The notes: generated from the sequence alone by a model not told the origin. A DNA stretch of 64,000 nt from Dehalococcoidia bacterium (GCA_034428715.1 DAOUHE010000290.1:988-64987); one strand, 5' to 3'. Positions 36,335 through 45,968 are shown, numbered from the stretch's first letter. Numbers and translations: made by a program.

Positions 36335-36856
36335 CTATCTCTCTGAACCGGGCTGTATCTCCCGGCCGAGGGCGTTATCCGCCTGACACTGGATGACATG
36401 ACAAAGACAGACGGACAGGGCATCGGCGGCGTCGGATTCGGGGAGTTCTTTTAGGCCCAGGGTAATGGTGACGCTGCGCTGCATTTGCTCCTTGGTGGCC
36501 GCGCCGTAGTCCGCCACCGAACTCTTCACCTGCGCCGGGGTATAGCGGAAAATGGGCACGCCCTGGCCGGCGGCGCCGATCAGGACCACCGCTTGGGCCT
36601 GCCCCACGGCCAGAGCAGGCCCGACAAAAAGGCGTTCGCCTTTGCCCAAAAATGGCTCCTCAACGGCAATGGCGTCGGGCTGAAAGATACTGATCATATT
36701 GAGGACGTGGGTGTACATCTGGTACAGGCGCTGTTCCAGAGGCATGGATTTGGGGAGGGCGATGACGCCGTAATCGTCGGCTTCCGAACGGGAACCAAAA
36801 TCAACCACGCCGTATCCCATCCGGATGGTTCCTGGATCAAACCCCAATACCCGCAT
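36335..36856 (-). CDS. ruvC: Crossover junction endodeoxyribonuclease RuvC
   Basis: MRVLGFDPGTIRMGYGV ... AIAVEEPF ... DAADALSVCLCH. Confidence 0.9.
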   Translation of the reverse strand: MRVLGFDPGTIRMGYGVVDFGSRSEADDYGVIALPKSMPLEQRLYQMYTHVLNMISIFQPDAIAVEEPFLGKGERLFVGPALAVGQAQAVVLIGAAGQGVPIFRYTPAQVKSSVADYGAATKEQMQRSVTITLGLKELPESDAADALSVCLCHVIQCQADNALGREIQPGSER

Positions 36857-37038
36857 GACTACACCACACTTAAATCTGGGTACCCGTTAAGGAATTACGG
36901 AGGAAGCGAAGCCGCAGCCATTGAGCATCAATGCCGCCTTCCAGTCAACCTGCTTGTTAGATAACCGTCCGGCGTCACTCTGATGCCTGCGACGGATTTT
37001 ATCCTGAGAAGGTTCTGGAGCAGGGTTGTGTCCCCCGG

Positions 37039-37078
37039 CCCCAGATGCTTCGCCGCTGCCGCAGGCCCCGCATGACAT
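37039..37078 (-). repeat. Repeat family B, long variant
   Basis: The reverse complement is TGTCATGCGGGGCCTGCGGCAGCGGCGAAGCATCTGGGG. A short copy, TTATCCTGAGAAGGTTCT, lies at 36999..37016. Confidence 0.75.
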
Positions 37079-37175
37079 TTTCTTTTTAGGCGGCGAACCC
37101 CTGTAGAATCATAAACATTCAGGCAGACGGAGAAGCCAATACTGCCTGCCCGCGCATTTGGTGAAAGCAAGGTAT

Positions 37176-37940
37176 TTAGGAGTCGGCTTGATACCTCTCC
37201 AGAACCTCGAGCGGAAAATCGGCGTTCGTGTAGGCCTTTTGAACATCCTCCAACTCTTCCAAGTGATCCAAAAGCTTGAGGGTCTGTTCGGCGGCGTGGG
37301 ATTCCAACAGAACTGTGGTCTTGGGCACCATGGATATCTCAGCCGAGTCCAGGTTGACATTCTCATCCGCCAAGGCCTGGCGAACTTCTTGAAGTTTTTC
37401 CGGTGGAGTGTGGATCTCCAAAACCCCATCGTCCATGTCGATGTCTTCGGCGCCGGCGTCTATGGCGATCAAGCCCAGTTCTTCGCCGCTTGATTCATCG
37501 GACACTTCCAGGGTTATCACTCCCCTGCTCTCGAAATTCCATGCCACGCAACCGCTCTCTCCCAGGCTTCCGCCACCCTTGGTGAATGTGGAGCGAATCT
37601 CGGCCGCCGCCCGGTTACGGTTGGTGGTGACCGCCTGCAACAGGATGGCGCCGCCGCCGGGCCCATAACCCTCGTAGGTCATCTCTTCCAAGTCGTCACC
37701 AGAGCCGGGTCCTCCACCGGCGCCACGTTTGACCGCCCTTGAGATGCTATCCGAGGGCATGTTGCCTGCCTTGGCTTTGTCCAGGGCCAGGCGCAAACGA
37801 AAGTTCATATCAGGGTCGTCGCCGCCGCTCTTGGCGGCCAGCGTTATATCCCGGCTTAGTTTGGTGAAAAGAGCCCCTCGTTTGGCGTCTGCCGCTCCTT
37901 TCTGGTGCTTTATGGTGGACCATTTCGAGTGACCCGACAT
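37176..37940 (-). CDS. YebC/PmpR family transcriptional regulator
   Basis: MSGHSKWSTIKHQKGAADAKRGALFTKL. Confidence 0.9.
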   Translation of the reverse strand: MSGHSKWSTIKHQKGAADAKRGALFTKLSRDITLAAKSGGDDPDMNFRLRLALDKAKAGNMPSDSISRAVKRGAGGGPGSGDDLEEMTYEGYGPGGGAILLQAVTTNRNRAAAEIRSTFTKGGGSLGESGCVAWNFESRGVITLEVSDESSGEELGLIAIDAGAEDIDMDDGVLEIHTPPEKLQEVRQALADENVNLDSAEISMVPKTTVLLESHAAEQTLKLLDHLEELEDVQKAYTNADFPLEVLERYQADS

Positions 37941-38035
37941 ATAGCCCTCCTATACCTGTTTGTCAGTTACGTGTTTGCCAGCCGCTTACCAGATTTTAGC
38001 ATCGCCATTTGTTCGGGTCAAAGCGGAATCAGGGC

Positions 38036-38665
38036 TCATCGAAGGCCGTTTGGCAGCGATACAACCATCACGCCATCGTCCAGCCTAACTTCGTTGATCA
38101 CGCTTTTCAGGGCCGGGATCAAAATCTCGGACTTGCCTTCAGAGACCACGTAAACATCGTTGCTGCCGGTTTCTAGGATGTCGGTGATCTCTCCCAGTGC
38201 TTCGCCTTGGTCCGTAAGCACTTTTAGTCCCAATAGTTGGAAGTGGAACCACTCACCTTCGGGCAGCGGAGGCGCGGCTTCCGCGGGGACGGTTATCATC
38301 TGCTCGACCATCTTTTGCGCCGCGGCAGAGTCGTCTATTCCGTGGAGGGTCAACAAGATCTGCCCATGGCGGAAAAATCCCGATGCGGCAATGGTGAACG
38401 CGGTGCCATTTATGTAAACCACGCCTCCCGCCTGAAACCGTTGGGGAACATCACTCAGTACTTTAACTCGCATCTGGCCGTTAAGTCCGTGAGCTCTGAT
38501 GACGCAGCCAACGATAATCTGTTCGCCGGTAGGCCCGATCGAAGAAACAGGGGAATAATCCGGGGAAGCTTCTGGTGAGTGATGCCCCAATTCCCCCAGG
38601 GTATCGTACTGTGAGATATCCTCGGTGTTGTCGCCTTGAGACGGGGGTGTGTCAGAGGAGGACAT
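38036..38665 (-). CDS. rimM: 16S rRNA processing protein RimM with an N-terminal extension
   Basis: IIVGCVIRAHGLNGQMRVKVLSD ... EGEWFHFQLLGLKV ... GSNDVYVV. Confidence 0.85.
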   Translation of the reverse strand: MSSSDTPPSQGDNTEDISQYDTLGELGHHSPEASPDYSPVSSIGPTGEQIIVGCVIRAHGLNGQMRVKVLSDVPQRFQAGGVVYINGTAFTIAASGFFRHGQILLTLHGIDDSAAAQKMVEQMITVPAEAAPPLPEGEWFHFQLLGLKVLTDQGEALGEITDILETGSNDVYVVSEGKSEILIPALKSVINEVRLDDGVMVVSLPNGLR

Positions 38666-38707
38666 ATCAAGAAGGGCCGAGGGGAGAGATTCGACTGAGG
38701 GAGTGGC

Positions 38708-38935
38708 CTATACGATCTCCAAATTTGCGTGGGTTCCATCTTTGACGGCCGCTACTCGAAGCAATACGCGCATCGCTTGGGCTACCCTGCCTTGGCGGCC
38801 GATGACTTTGCCCTTGTCTTCGGGCGCCACTTCCAGGCGAAATATCACTCGTCCATCCTCCACGTCCTCAGTGACCGTTACAGCATCGGGGTTACTGGCT
38901 AGGGATCGGGCGATGTATTCGATCAGCTCTTTCAT
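38708..38935 (-). CDS. KH-domain RNA-binding protein (YlqC / UPF0109)
   Basis: 75 aa. GKVIGRQGRVAQAMRVLL carries the GxxG KH motif. Confidence 0.85.
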   Translation of the reverse strand: MKELIEYIARSLASNPDAVTVTEDVEDGRVIFRLEVAPEDKGKVIGRQGRVAQAMRVLLRVAAVKDGTHANLEIV

Positions 38936-39408
38936 TATTCGGGAGCCTCACCGGAGGCGTCACCGCCGCCTGAGGAATCATCATCCGCCGCTGGAGCGGG
39001 TTCATCGGCTGAATCTTCCGGGGCTGAATCTTCCGGGGCTGAGTCTTCTGGGGCTGAGTCTTCCGAGAGGTCCTCGGCGACCGCGGTAGCGGCAGGCGCG
39101 GTTTGCACCAGAGTAGCTGGTTCCGGCGCCGCCTCTTTACGCTGGGGAGACTGATTCACCGGGTCCCGTTCGATTATCTCTTGCCATTGAAGGATCCGTT
39201 TGACGGCGTCCGACGGCTGAGCGCCTTTGCTCAACCACTCTTCAGCCCGGTCTTTTTTGATGGTTACTGCCGGGGGGTCGGCCATAGGGTCATAATTGCC
39301 GATCCATTCGAGATAGGCTCCGTCCCGCGGCGCTCTCACGTCGGCCACCACGATCCTGTATGACGGTCTCCCTCTCTTTCCGACCCTTCTAAGCCGAATC
39401 CGTAGCAT
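38935..39408 (-). CDS. rpsP: 30S ribosomal protein S16 with an acidic repeat-containing C-terminal extension
   Basis: [23 protein letters not shown]. The tail contains [19 protein letters not shown]. Confidence 0.9.
   Translation of the reverse strand: MLRIRLRRVGKRGRPSYRIVVADVRAPRDGAYLEWIGNYDPMADPPAVTIKKDRAEEWLSKGAQPSDAVKRILQWQEIIERDPVNQSPQRKEAAPEPATLVQTAPAATAVAEDLSEDSAPEDSAPEDSAPEDSADEPAPAADDDSSGGGDASGEAPE
39008..39067 (-). repeat. 4 x 15-bp in-frame tandem repeat (pentapeptide EDSAP) inside rpsP
   Basis: Plus-strand units gctgaatcttccggg / gctgaatcttccggg / gctgagtcttctggg / gctgagtcttccgag. Confidence 0.9.
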
Positions 39409-39540
39409 ATATACTCCGCAATGTTAGATTAATGTTGGATTTTTAGTGCTTATTCGCGATGGGATTTTAAGGCTGGCCTCTGGCAAGGTAAAAATTCAGA
39501 CGATGGTGGAGGCCGATTTTCGTTGGTGGATTATCGCCAG

Positions 39541-39720
39541 AATAAAAAAGGGCCGGGCCCAGCCATTCTGTCGTTTACTGTCCCCGTGGACTCACGAGTC
39601 CTGGGGCGATGGTAGACACAGGCCTGGGCCCGACGTACGGGTTCTCGTATATAGTCTGTAACGGCTAGGTTACGATCACCTCGTCGTGTCCAGACAGATG
39701 CCTACCATCGCCCCTGCGTG
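39541..39720 (-). ncRNA. Structured RNA candidate (sRNA or transcription-attenuation leader of the rpsP operon)
   Basis: A perfect 13-bp inverted repeat joins 39603..39615 and 39702..39714. A second helix of 9-11 bp joins 39553..39564 and 39621..39632 and interleaves with the first. A hairpin GGACU-CGUG-AGUCC is also present. On the minus strand the element ends in GGGCCCGGCCC + UUUUUU (39544..39561). It lies in a 580-bp intergenic gap. Confidence 0.45.
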
Positions 39721-39742
39721 TTAAACTATCATCCATGCGCAT
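39665..39742 (-). CDS. Candidate 25-codon leader peptide / small ORF (MRMDDSLTRRGDGRHLSGHDEVIVT)
   Basis: AAGGAGG lies at 39746..39752 on the minus strand, 3 nt before the first ATG and 9 nt before the second. The ORF runs through the 5' arm of the 13-bp helix. Confidence 0.25.
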   Translation of the reverse strand: MRMDDSLTRRGDGRHLSGHDEVIVT

Positions 39743-39986
39743 TCACCTCCTTTATCAGATTCCCGCCAAGCGGTTGATGTATTCTAGCAATGCCCCACCT
39801 TCGGTGTCAAGGCGATAGCCGTTTATTTGAACCCCTTGATCACTCGATTTTCAGGCGAAATTTAGCCTCAGATTCAAGATTGTTTTCTTTGAAGGTCACC
39901 GATAACGAAATCGCCATCCCCCTCGGTGCTGCTTTCTCAGATTCCGGCAGCCCCCTTAACATCTCCATCGCGTCTCCGAAATCATC

Positions 39987-40976
39987 ATGAGCCAAGATTC
40001 ACTACGTAACGGCCCTTTCCGGGTAGTCTTCATGGGCACTCCCCGCTTCGCGTTGCCGGTGCTTGACGCCTTGGCCGCATCGGCGGACGTCGACGTGTGT
40101 GGTGTCTTCACTCCGCGGGACCGGCGCGGTGGGCGAGGCCGCCACTCCGTTTCGCCGCCGGTGAAAATCCGCGGCTTGGAGTTGGGATTGGAAGTACATC
40201 AGCCGCCCACGCTGCGTTCACCGGAGACCCAGGCCCTGCTTTCAAGCCTGGCGCCGGATATCATCGTGGTGGCGGCCTACGGCCGGTTCCTTCCCCCTCA
40301 GGTCCTAGAACTGCCGCACCGGGGGTGCCTGAACCTGCACCCGTCGCTGCTGCCCAGGCACCGGGGCCCATCGCCGGTGGTAACCACCATCTTGGAAGGA
40401 GACACCAAAACCGGCGTAAGCCTGATGCTGCTGGATGAGGGCATGGACACGGGACCCATCATTGCCACCCATCCTTATCGGATGACCGGCCACGAGACGG
40501 CCGAAGAGCTGACGGAGGAACTTTTCCGGTTGGGCTCGGAATTGCTGATGGAAAACCTGGGGCCTTGGGCTAGGGAGGAACTTACCGCCAGCCCCCAAGA
40601 CGACGACGGCGCCACCGTCACCCGCAAGGTGGAAAGGGAAGACGGCCTGGCCGATTGGGGCCTGTCCGCTAAGGATTTGGAGCGCCGTTGCCGGGCCTAC
40701 ACACCTTGGCCCGGACTCTACTCCCATTGGGAAGGCAAGCTGTTAAAATTTCTGGACGCGGCCGCCGTACCAGCCCAAGAAGATACCGGAGAAGATGCGG
40801 GACTTCCAATTGGATCAGTAGTCCATTTAGAAGGGTCGGTTCCCCTGGGAGTGGTGACCGCCGACGGCAATCTGGCATTGAACACGGTGCAACTGGAAGG
40901 CCGCAGTAGCGCCACCGGCGCCGAGTTCCTGCGGGGTTATCCTGGGTTCGCCGGCGCTGTGCTTAAAGTACCGTGA
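39987..40976 (+). CDS. fmt: Methionyl-tRNA formyltransferase
   Basis: FRVVFMGTPRFALPVLDAL ... NLHPSLLPRHRGPSPV. Confidence 0.9.
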   Translation: MSQDSLRNGPFRVVFMGTPRFALPVLDALAASADVDVCGVFTPRDRRGGRGRHSVSPPVKIRGLELGLEVHQPPTLRSPETQALLSSLAPDIIVVAAYGRFLPPQVLELPHRGCLNLHPSLLPRHRGPSPVVTTILEGDTKTGVSLMLLDEGMDTGPIIATHPYRMTGHETAEELTEELFRLGSELLMENLGPWAREELTASPQDDDGATVTRKVEREDGLADWGLSAKDLERRCRAYTPWPGLYSHWEGKLLKFLDAAAVPAQEDTGEDAGLPIGSVVHLEGSVPLGVVTADGNLALNTVQLEGRSSATGAEFLRGYPGFAGAVLKVP

Positions 40977-41025
40977 TCCTCCAAGGCCATGTAAAACCCT
41001 AACAAGATAGTAGGAGCATAAAACA

Positions 41026-41973
41026 ATGGCGGGTGAGATTCCTTCAGAAAGCCAAGTTTTAGATTGGATGACCTCTTTAAGCAACTGGGGCCGCTGGGGA
41101 GACGAAGACCAGCGTGGTTGTTTGAATCTCATCGGTCCTCACAAAGCCAAGCAGGCGGCCGCTCTGGTTCAGGACGGGGCCACCGTGAGCTGCGCCCGTC
41201 CCATACTGACCGAGATGGCTGCCGATACCACCCATCAGGTGCTGCGCTACATGGTAGACAGCGGCGAGGGCAGAGATACCGACCCCCCGGAGCGAAAACT
41301 GGTCCGCCGGGGAGCCGCCGAATTCATCGGCATGGTTTTTCACGGCCAGACCATCACCCACATCGACGCCCTATCTCACTATTCCTGGCAGGGCAAGCTT
41401 TACAACGGCCAGCCGGCCAGCCGAATCACATCCCGGGAAGGTGCCCAAACCCATTCCATCGAGGCGGCGGCCGATGGAATCGTCACCCGTGGAGTGCTCC
41501 TGGACATTACGCGGGTTCGAAACGTGGATTGGCTGCCCCCCAACGAGCCGGTGATGCCAGAGGACCTGGAAGCCGCAGAGGCGTTGGAAGGAGTCCGCGT
41601 GGAGGAAGGAGATATTTTGCTTGTGCGTACCGGCAACTACCGGAAACGGTTGGAAACAGGCCCCGTGCCAAACACGGAGCCGATGGTTGCCTGCCAGGTA
41701 GCCTGCACTCCCTGGTTCAAGGACCGGGGGGTGGCGATGTTGGGCACGGATACATCCAACGACGTCAGGCCCAGCCATTACGCCACCATCACCGCGCCCC
41801 TGCACACCATGTGCCTAGTAACCCTTGGCATATGGCTGATAGACAACGCCAATCTAGAAGACCTGGCCCAAGCCTGCGCCCAACGCAACCGCTACGAGTT
41901 CATGCTGTCCCTGGGGCCGTTGAAGCTACGCAACGTCACGGGTTCCCCGGTGAATCCCATAGCCATTTTCTGA
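41026..41973 (+). CDS. Cyclase-family protein (kynurenine-formamidase-like fold)
   Basis: WGRWGDEDQRGCLNL ... THIDALSHY; 315 aa. Confidence 0.75.
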   Translation: MAGEIPSESQVLDWMTSLSNWGRWGDEDQRGCLNLIGPHKAKQAAALVQDGATVSCARPILTEMAADTTHQVLRYMVDSGEGRDTDPPERKLVRRGAAEFIGMVFHGQTITHIDALSHYSWQGKLYNGQPASRITSREGAQTHSIEAAADGIVTRGVLLDITRVRNVDWLPPNEPVMPEDLEAAEALEGVRVEEGDILLVRTGNYRKRLETGPVPNTEPMVACQVACTPWFKDRGVAMLGTDTSNDVRPSHYATITAPLHTMCLVTLGIWLIDNANLEDLAQACAQRNRYEFMLSLGPLKLRNVTGSPVNPIAIF

Positions 41974-42043
41974 GACAGCGGGCCAAGGGTAAATCCTGAA
42001 GTCCGGGTGAGATGCCAGCCGGGTTGACCGCAAGGTGGTCTCC

Positions 42044-43351
42044 CTATTTGAAGACGGGTATGAATGGCCTGACCATGAACACGAAGAAGGATGCCACAAA
42101 TAGGACCATTCCAGTAATCAACACCGTCAGCGCCGGCCCGGATATTCCCTCCGTGAGGTTATGGCCAAATGAGACGAGGATGTCGGTAGCCAATCTAACC
42201 ACTGAGGGCGGAAAGGGCGAAACGTCTCCCGCCCCAAACTGGATGGGGACACCCATTCGGTCTGGGATGCTGGACTCCAGAGCCCTTCCAGCCAGGTAAA
42301 CGACGCTCCCGGTGAGAAACAGGGTGAGCCCAAGCCACCGCATCATATTGGCTAGGCTGGGGAAGTAGACCAGAGCCATCAATACAGAGCCGCCGAAAAA
42401 CATGGTGATGGCCAGTAGTCCTCCGAAGGATTCGGCCCGGATTACCACATCTCTGGCCTCGGCCAGGTCCTGCCTTATCTCGGCCTCGGTGCTCCCTCCA
42501 TCCCAAGCGGCAATGGCCTTGATGACGTCGAAGCGTCCCTGGTCAAGCATTTCCTCGGACACGCGAGCGATGGCCGCATCCACCAAAGGGGCGCCAACGG
42601 CGTGGGAGGCCTGCTTCAACAATCCCTGGGTGTCCCCCTCTAACATCTGCCGCTGTATCTCATCCCTGTTGACTAACAAACCTTGCTGGGCAGCCAGATC
42701 CAAAACGCCACCGACGATGGCCACCTCGTCAATTTCGGCGAATAGGCTCTCCCGGCACGCTGCGTCCAAAGAAAGCAGGTATGGCAACGATTCCAGGCTG
42801 CCACCCGCGGCTAATGTAGCGAACAGGCTCTCAAATTCCTGGGCCTTTTCTATCAGACCTTCCGGGGTGCAGGATTCAGGCCCCAATTCCTCCACCGGCA
42901 ACGCGTCGATTTGATCGTCGACATATGCCAGTATCACTTCCCTGGCGCCGGCCAGGGGCGGCCCCAGGTCCAGATAGACTTCCAGTTCTTCCAGATCGCC
43001 GTTCAAATAACCGACGGTCCTTTCTATGGCGTCTTCCACCTGGGACTGGATGTAGTCGGGAGGGAGTATGTCTTGAAGCAGCGGCACGATGTCTGCCGGA
43101 TCGACGTCAATGTCTCCCAGCAAGTCCCGGGTGATCTGCTCCGTTTCGGGGTTGACTATGACTTCGGGCAGGACTTCAGTGTAGATGCGGTTGTAGGTAT
43201 CCTGTTCAGCCAGTATGCCGGTATAGAAATGAGGGTCCAACAGCTTTCCCGTGAGGTTACCGCCCACCGCCAGCAGGATCAGTCCGACGAACACAACGAT
43301 GCCCAGAAAAAAAGAGGCTATGGGGCGGAGGACCAACAAGATGCAACCCAT
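42044..43351 (-). CDS. Hypothetical membrane protein (N-terminal TM, large acidic helical exo-domain, C-terminal multi-TM region)
   Basis: 435-aa ORF with clear hydrophobic segments at both ends. I did not recognise a family. Confidence 0.55.
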   Translation of the reverse strand: MGCILLVLRPIASFFLGIVVFVGLILLAVGGNLTGKLLDPHFYTGILAEQDTYNRIYTEVLPEVIVNPETEQITRDLLGDIDVDPADIVPLLQDILPPDYIQSQVEDAIERTVGYLNGDLEELEVYLDLGPPLAGAREVILAYVDDQIDALPVEELGPESCTPEGLIEKAQEFESLFATLAAGGSLESLPYLLSLDAACRESLFAEIDEVAIVGGVLDLAAQQGLLVNRDEIQRQMLEGDTQGLLKQASHAVGAPLVDAAIARVSEEMLDQGRFDVIKAIAAWDGGSTEAEIRQDLAEARDVVIRAESFGGLLAITMFFGGSVLMALVYFPSLANMMRWLGLTLFLTGSVVYLAGRALESSIPDRMGVPIQFGAGDVSPFPPSVVRLATDILVSFGHNLTEGISGPALTVLITGMVLFVASFFVFMVRPFIPVFK

Positions 43352-43632
43352 CTAGCCTATATTTTCCATATACGAAACAAACTTAACGCGATCAACCGGC
43401 GGCTTGCCTAGCTTCACAGGTGTCTCTTCACCTAATCTCGGGGATATCGAAAAGTATATCAAGCCTGGCCATGCTAGGATCAAATGGCTCATAAGAGGGC
43501 CGTTATCGCCTGGCAACCAGGCCGCCAGAGTTTATTCAATACGTCTCAGCGAACCATGACCGGCTTCTCTCCGGCGGCTATAATTATGATTTCTCACGAT
43601 GCCATCCGCGCCAATAGGAGCCGATTCACAGC

Positions 43633-45009
43633 ATGGGAGTAATAAAAATAATAATCCTGGCAGTGGTTGTTGGCGGCGTAGTGGCCGTGGCGGTAGCAGG
43701 TTTCGCGGCCTACAGCATATTCAGAAGCCTTAGTGGGGAACCTGAGCCACTATCACCCGAAGTGATAGCCCAGGGCCAGGCCGTGGAACGCAAGATCGAA
43801 GAGGCCGTCGCCGACAAATCGGCTTTCTACCTCGAGTTGACCGACGACGAACTATCTTCGGTGCTGCTCGCCAGGGCAGGCGCTTATTCCGCCATACGGG
43901 ACATCAGTGTTTCCATCAACCCTGGAAGCTTGGAAATCCATGGTAGTCTCGGAAATACGCCGTCAGTGCCCTTCTCAGGCTCCATCAATGTGAGTTTCGA
44001 AAACGGGTTGATCGATGTGAATCTGAGCGATGTTTCCCTATTAAAATTACCGGTTCCAGGGGCGGTCCAAAATGAATTGCAGCCCCTCATAGACCAGGGT
44101 CTTGACATCAACCAAGCGCTTAGCGGGTCGGCCGCCACGCAGATCCAGCGGTTCGACATGCAGGAGGGCAGAGTCCTGATCGTAGGGGTTCAAAGGGGCG
44201 GGGCATCCGTATCTGGCGTCACCAAAGACGCATTCATACAGGCATTCGAGTCGTCTGGAGGCGGACTTGCCCTTGTTCCGCCGGGATTGGATCTCGTGCC
44301 ACCGGGATCAGCGGGATTACGAGAGCCTGGAGATGCTCTTTACCTGGCTCTGGGAGATTCTCTGGCCGCCAACGTAGGTGTCAACCGCCCGCAGGACGGA
44401 TACGTCTCCCGATTCCACTCTTATCTGGAGACGGAGATCGGACGCGAACTCGGTCTGCTGAATCTGGGCGTATCGGGCAAAAGTAGTATCTCAATGATGC
44501 AAGGCCAGTTGCAGCAAGCCTTGAATGAGATTCGGCAACGTCGCGACGATGGCGATCCAGACACTATGGTTTCCGTGCTGACGTTGGACCTGGGAGCGAA
44601 TGACCTGTTAACCCATCTCGGTTCCGGCGAATGTCAGCAGGCTCCGAGAGGCGACGCCTGTCAGGCCCGTATCGATGCTGGGTTGGAAGGCTTCTCGAAG
44701 AACTTCCCCGAAATAGCCGGGGCCCTGGCTAATGAACTTGAGCCGGGCGCTGAATTTTACATCATGACGATGTATAACCCCTTCGACTTTGGCCTAGGTA
44801 TTTCGTTCGAGGACTTCTCCAACGAGATACTCCTAAGGCTAAACGTTATCATCGCCGACAACGCCAACGCGGTAGGGGCAAAGCTGGCTGATCCCCATGA
44901 TTTGATGGGTGGCAACGCCGCAGCTTGGACCAACATGCTACAAGGAGACATTCATCCCAACGCAGATGGTTACCAGGCGTTGGCTTTTTCTCTGGCTCAG
45001 GCCCCATAA
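43633..45009 (+). CDS. Membrane-anchored SGNH/GDSL hydrolase-family protein
   Basis: An N-terminal TM segment is present. LYLALGDSLAANVG is the GDS block, and the C-terminal DIHPNADGY is block V. Confidence 0.75.
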   Translation: MGVIKIIILAVVVGGVVAVAVAGFAAYSIFRSLSGEPEPLSPEVIAQGQAVERKIEEAVADKSAFYLELTDDELSSVLLARAGAYSAIRDISVSINPGSLEIHGSLGNTPSVPFSGSINVSFENGLIDVNLSDVSLLKLPVPGAVQNELQPLIDQGLDINQALSGSAATQIQRFDMQEGRVLIVGVQRGGASVSGVTKDAFIQAFESSGGGLALVPPGLDLVPPGSAGLREPGDALYLALGDSLAANVGVNRPQDGYVSRFHSYLETEIGRELGLLNLGVSGKSSISMMQGQLQQALNEIRQRRDDGDPDTMVSVLTLDLGANDLLTHLGSGECQQAPRGDACQARIDAGLEGFSKNFPEIAGALANELEPGAEFYIMTMYNPFDFGLGISFEDFSNEILLRLNVIIADNANAVGAKLADPHDLMGGNAAAWTNMLQGDIHPNADGYQALAFSLAQAP

Positions 45010-45158
45010 AACATCAAAGGCCTTTTTGTTTAGAAGTTGCCGTGACTCACGCCCATTTATATCCCGGTGCACCCCAGGCGGTTGGTATCTCAACCGCTGC
45101 GTGTCAACCATAAGCCGGGTCAGTAGCTGGGCGGGCTCTCCCGCAACCGGCGTACTCG

Positions 45159-45968
45159 TTAGGCTATGGGAGGGTGGGTTGAGAACAGGCTGGCCATGGA
45201 CCTGCCGCTGAGGGGGTTTCCTATAAACAGGTGGGATGCGCCTTCGGCCACCTTCATAGGACGGCTCTCAACGCCCATTTCCAGTTTCTCCAGAGCGCTG
45301 GCCAGGGCGTAGCCGTTGCCCGAGGTGCGGGCGCCGCTGGCGTCGGCCTGGAATTCCCTGGTGCGGGAGATGGCGGCGCGGACCAAACCCGCAGCCAACG
45401 GCATTACGATGGCGATGACCAACAGGCCGATGATGTTTCCGCCGCGGTCTCGGTCTCCGCCCATCCCGCCAAAGATAGCCGAAATCTGGGCCATGAACGC
45501 CAGCATGGAGATGGCGCTGGCGATGGTGGCCACCACGGCCATGATCAAGGTGTCCCGGTTGCCCACGTGGGCCATTTCGTGAGCCAGCACGGCCCCCAGT
45601 TCTTCCCGGTTAAGTATCTGGCGGATCCCGGTGGTCACCGCCACCGTGGCACGGTTGGGGCTGCGGCCTGTGGCAAAGGCGTTCGGCGAGTCAGAGTCGA
45701 TCTCGTAAACCTGGGGCATGGGCAGTCCGGCCAACTGGGCCTGTTCGGCAACGATCCGGTAAAGCTCCGGGTCTTCTTGCTCGGTCACCGGATGGGCGTG
45801 AGCCATGCCCAGGGCGATCCGGTCGCTAAACCAATACGCGCCAAAGTTCATGACAATGGCGAAGAACACGGCGATGATCACGCCACCTTCGCCGCCAATT
45901 CCAGCGCCGATGACCAGCAACAGCACGGTAAGCACCATCAGCAGGAGAAACGTTTTAGCGGTGTTCAT
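45159..45968 (-). CDS. htpX: Zinc metalloprotease HtpX (M48)
   Basis: MNTAKTFLLL... and the HEMAH zinc motif (LAHEMAHVGNRD). The start is taken at the internal Met of the longer ORF. Confidence 0.9.
   Translation of the reverse strand: MNTAKTFLLLMVLTVLLLVIGAGIGGEGGVIIAVFFAIVMNFGAYWFSDRIALGMAHAHPVTEQEDPELYRIVAEQAQLAGLPMPQVYEIDSDSPNAFATGRSPNRATVAVTTGIRQILNREELGAVLAHEMAHVGNRDTLIMAVVATIASAISMLAFMAQISAIFGGMGGDRDRGGNIIGLLVIAIVMPLAAGLVRAAISRTREFQADASGARTSGNGYALASALEKLEMGVESRPMKVAEGASHLFIGNPLSGRSMASLFSTHPPIA

Noticed and set aside
39446-39661. 71-aa plus-strand ORF in the rpsP-fmt gap (and the 39790..39990 ORF)
   Set aside because: There is no RBS and the composition is odd. It overlaps the inverted-repeat RNA structure and the A-tract/terminator element. 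It is most likely non-coding.
39541-39720. Identity of the structured RNA as SRP RNA, 6S RNA, tmRNA or RNase P RNA
   Set aside because: None of the hallmark sequences I know are present on either strand. Missing are the SRP helix-8 GGUCCGGAAGGAAGCAGCC-like motif, the tmRNA 5' GGGG...tag reading frame with 3' CCA end, and the RNase P GAGGAAAGUCC. I therefore left it as an unclassified candidate.
41064-41999. 311-aa ORF in an alternative frame of the cyclase gene; also 14999..15793, 31171..31794, 49036..49863 and 16850..17068
   Set aside because: These are same-strand overlapping frames with Arg/Gly/Pro-rich nonsense composition. The overlapping frame has clear family motifs in each case.
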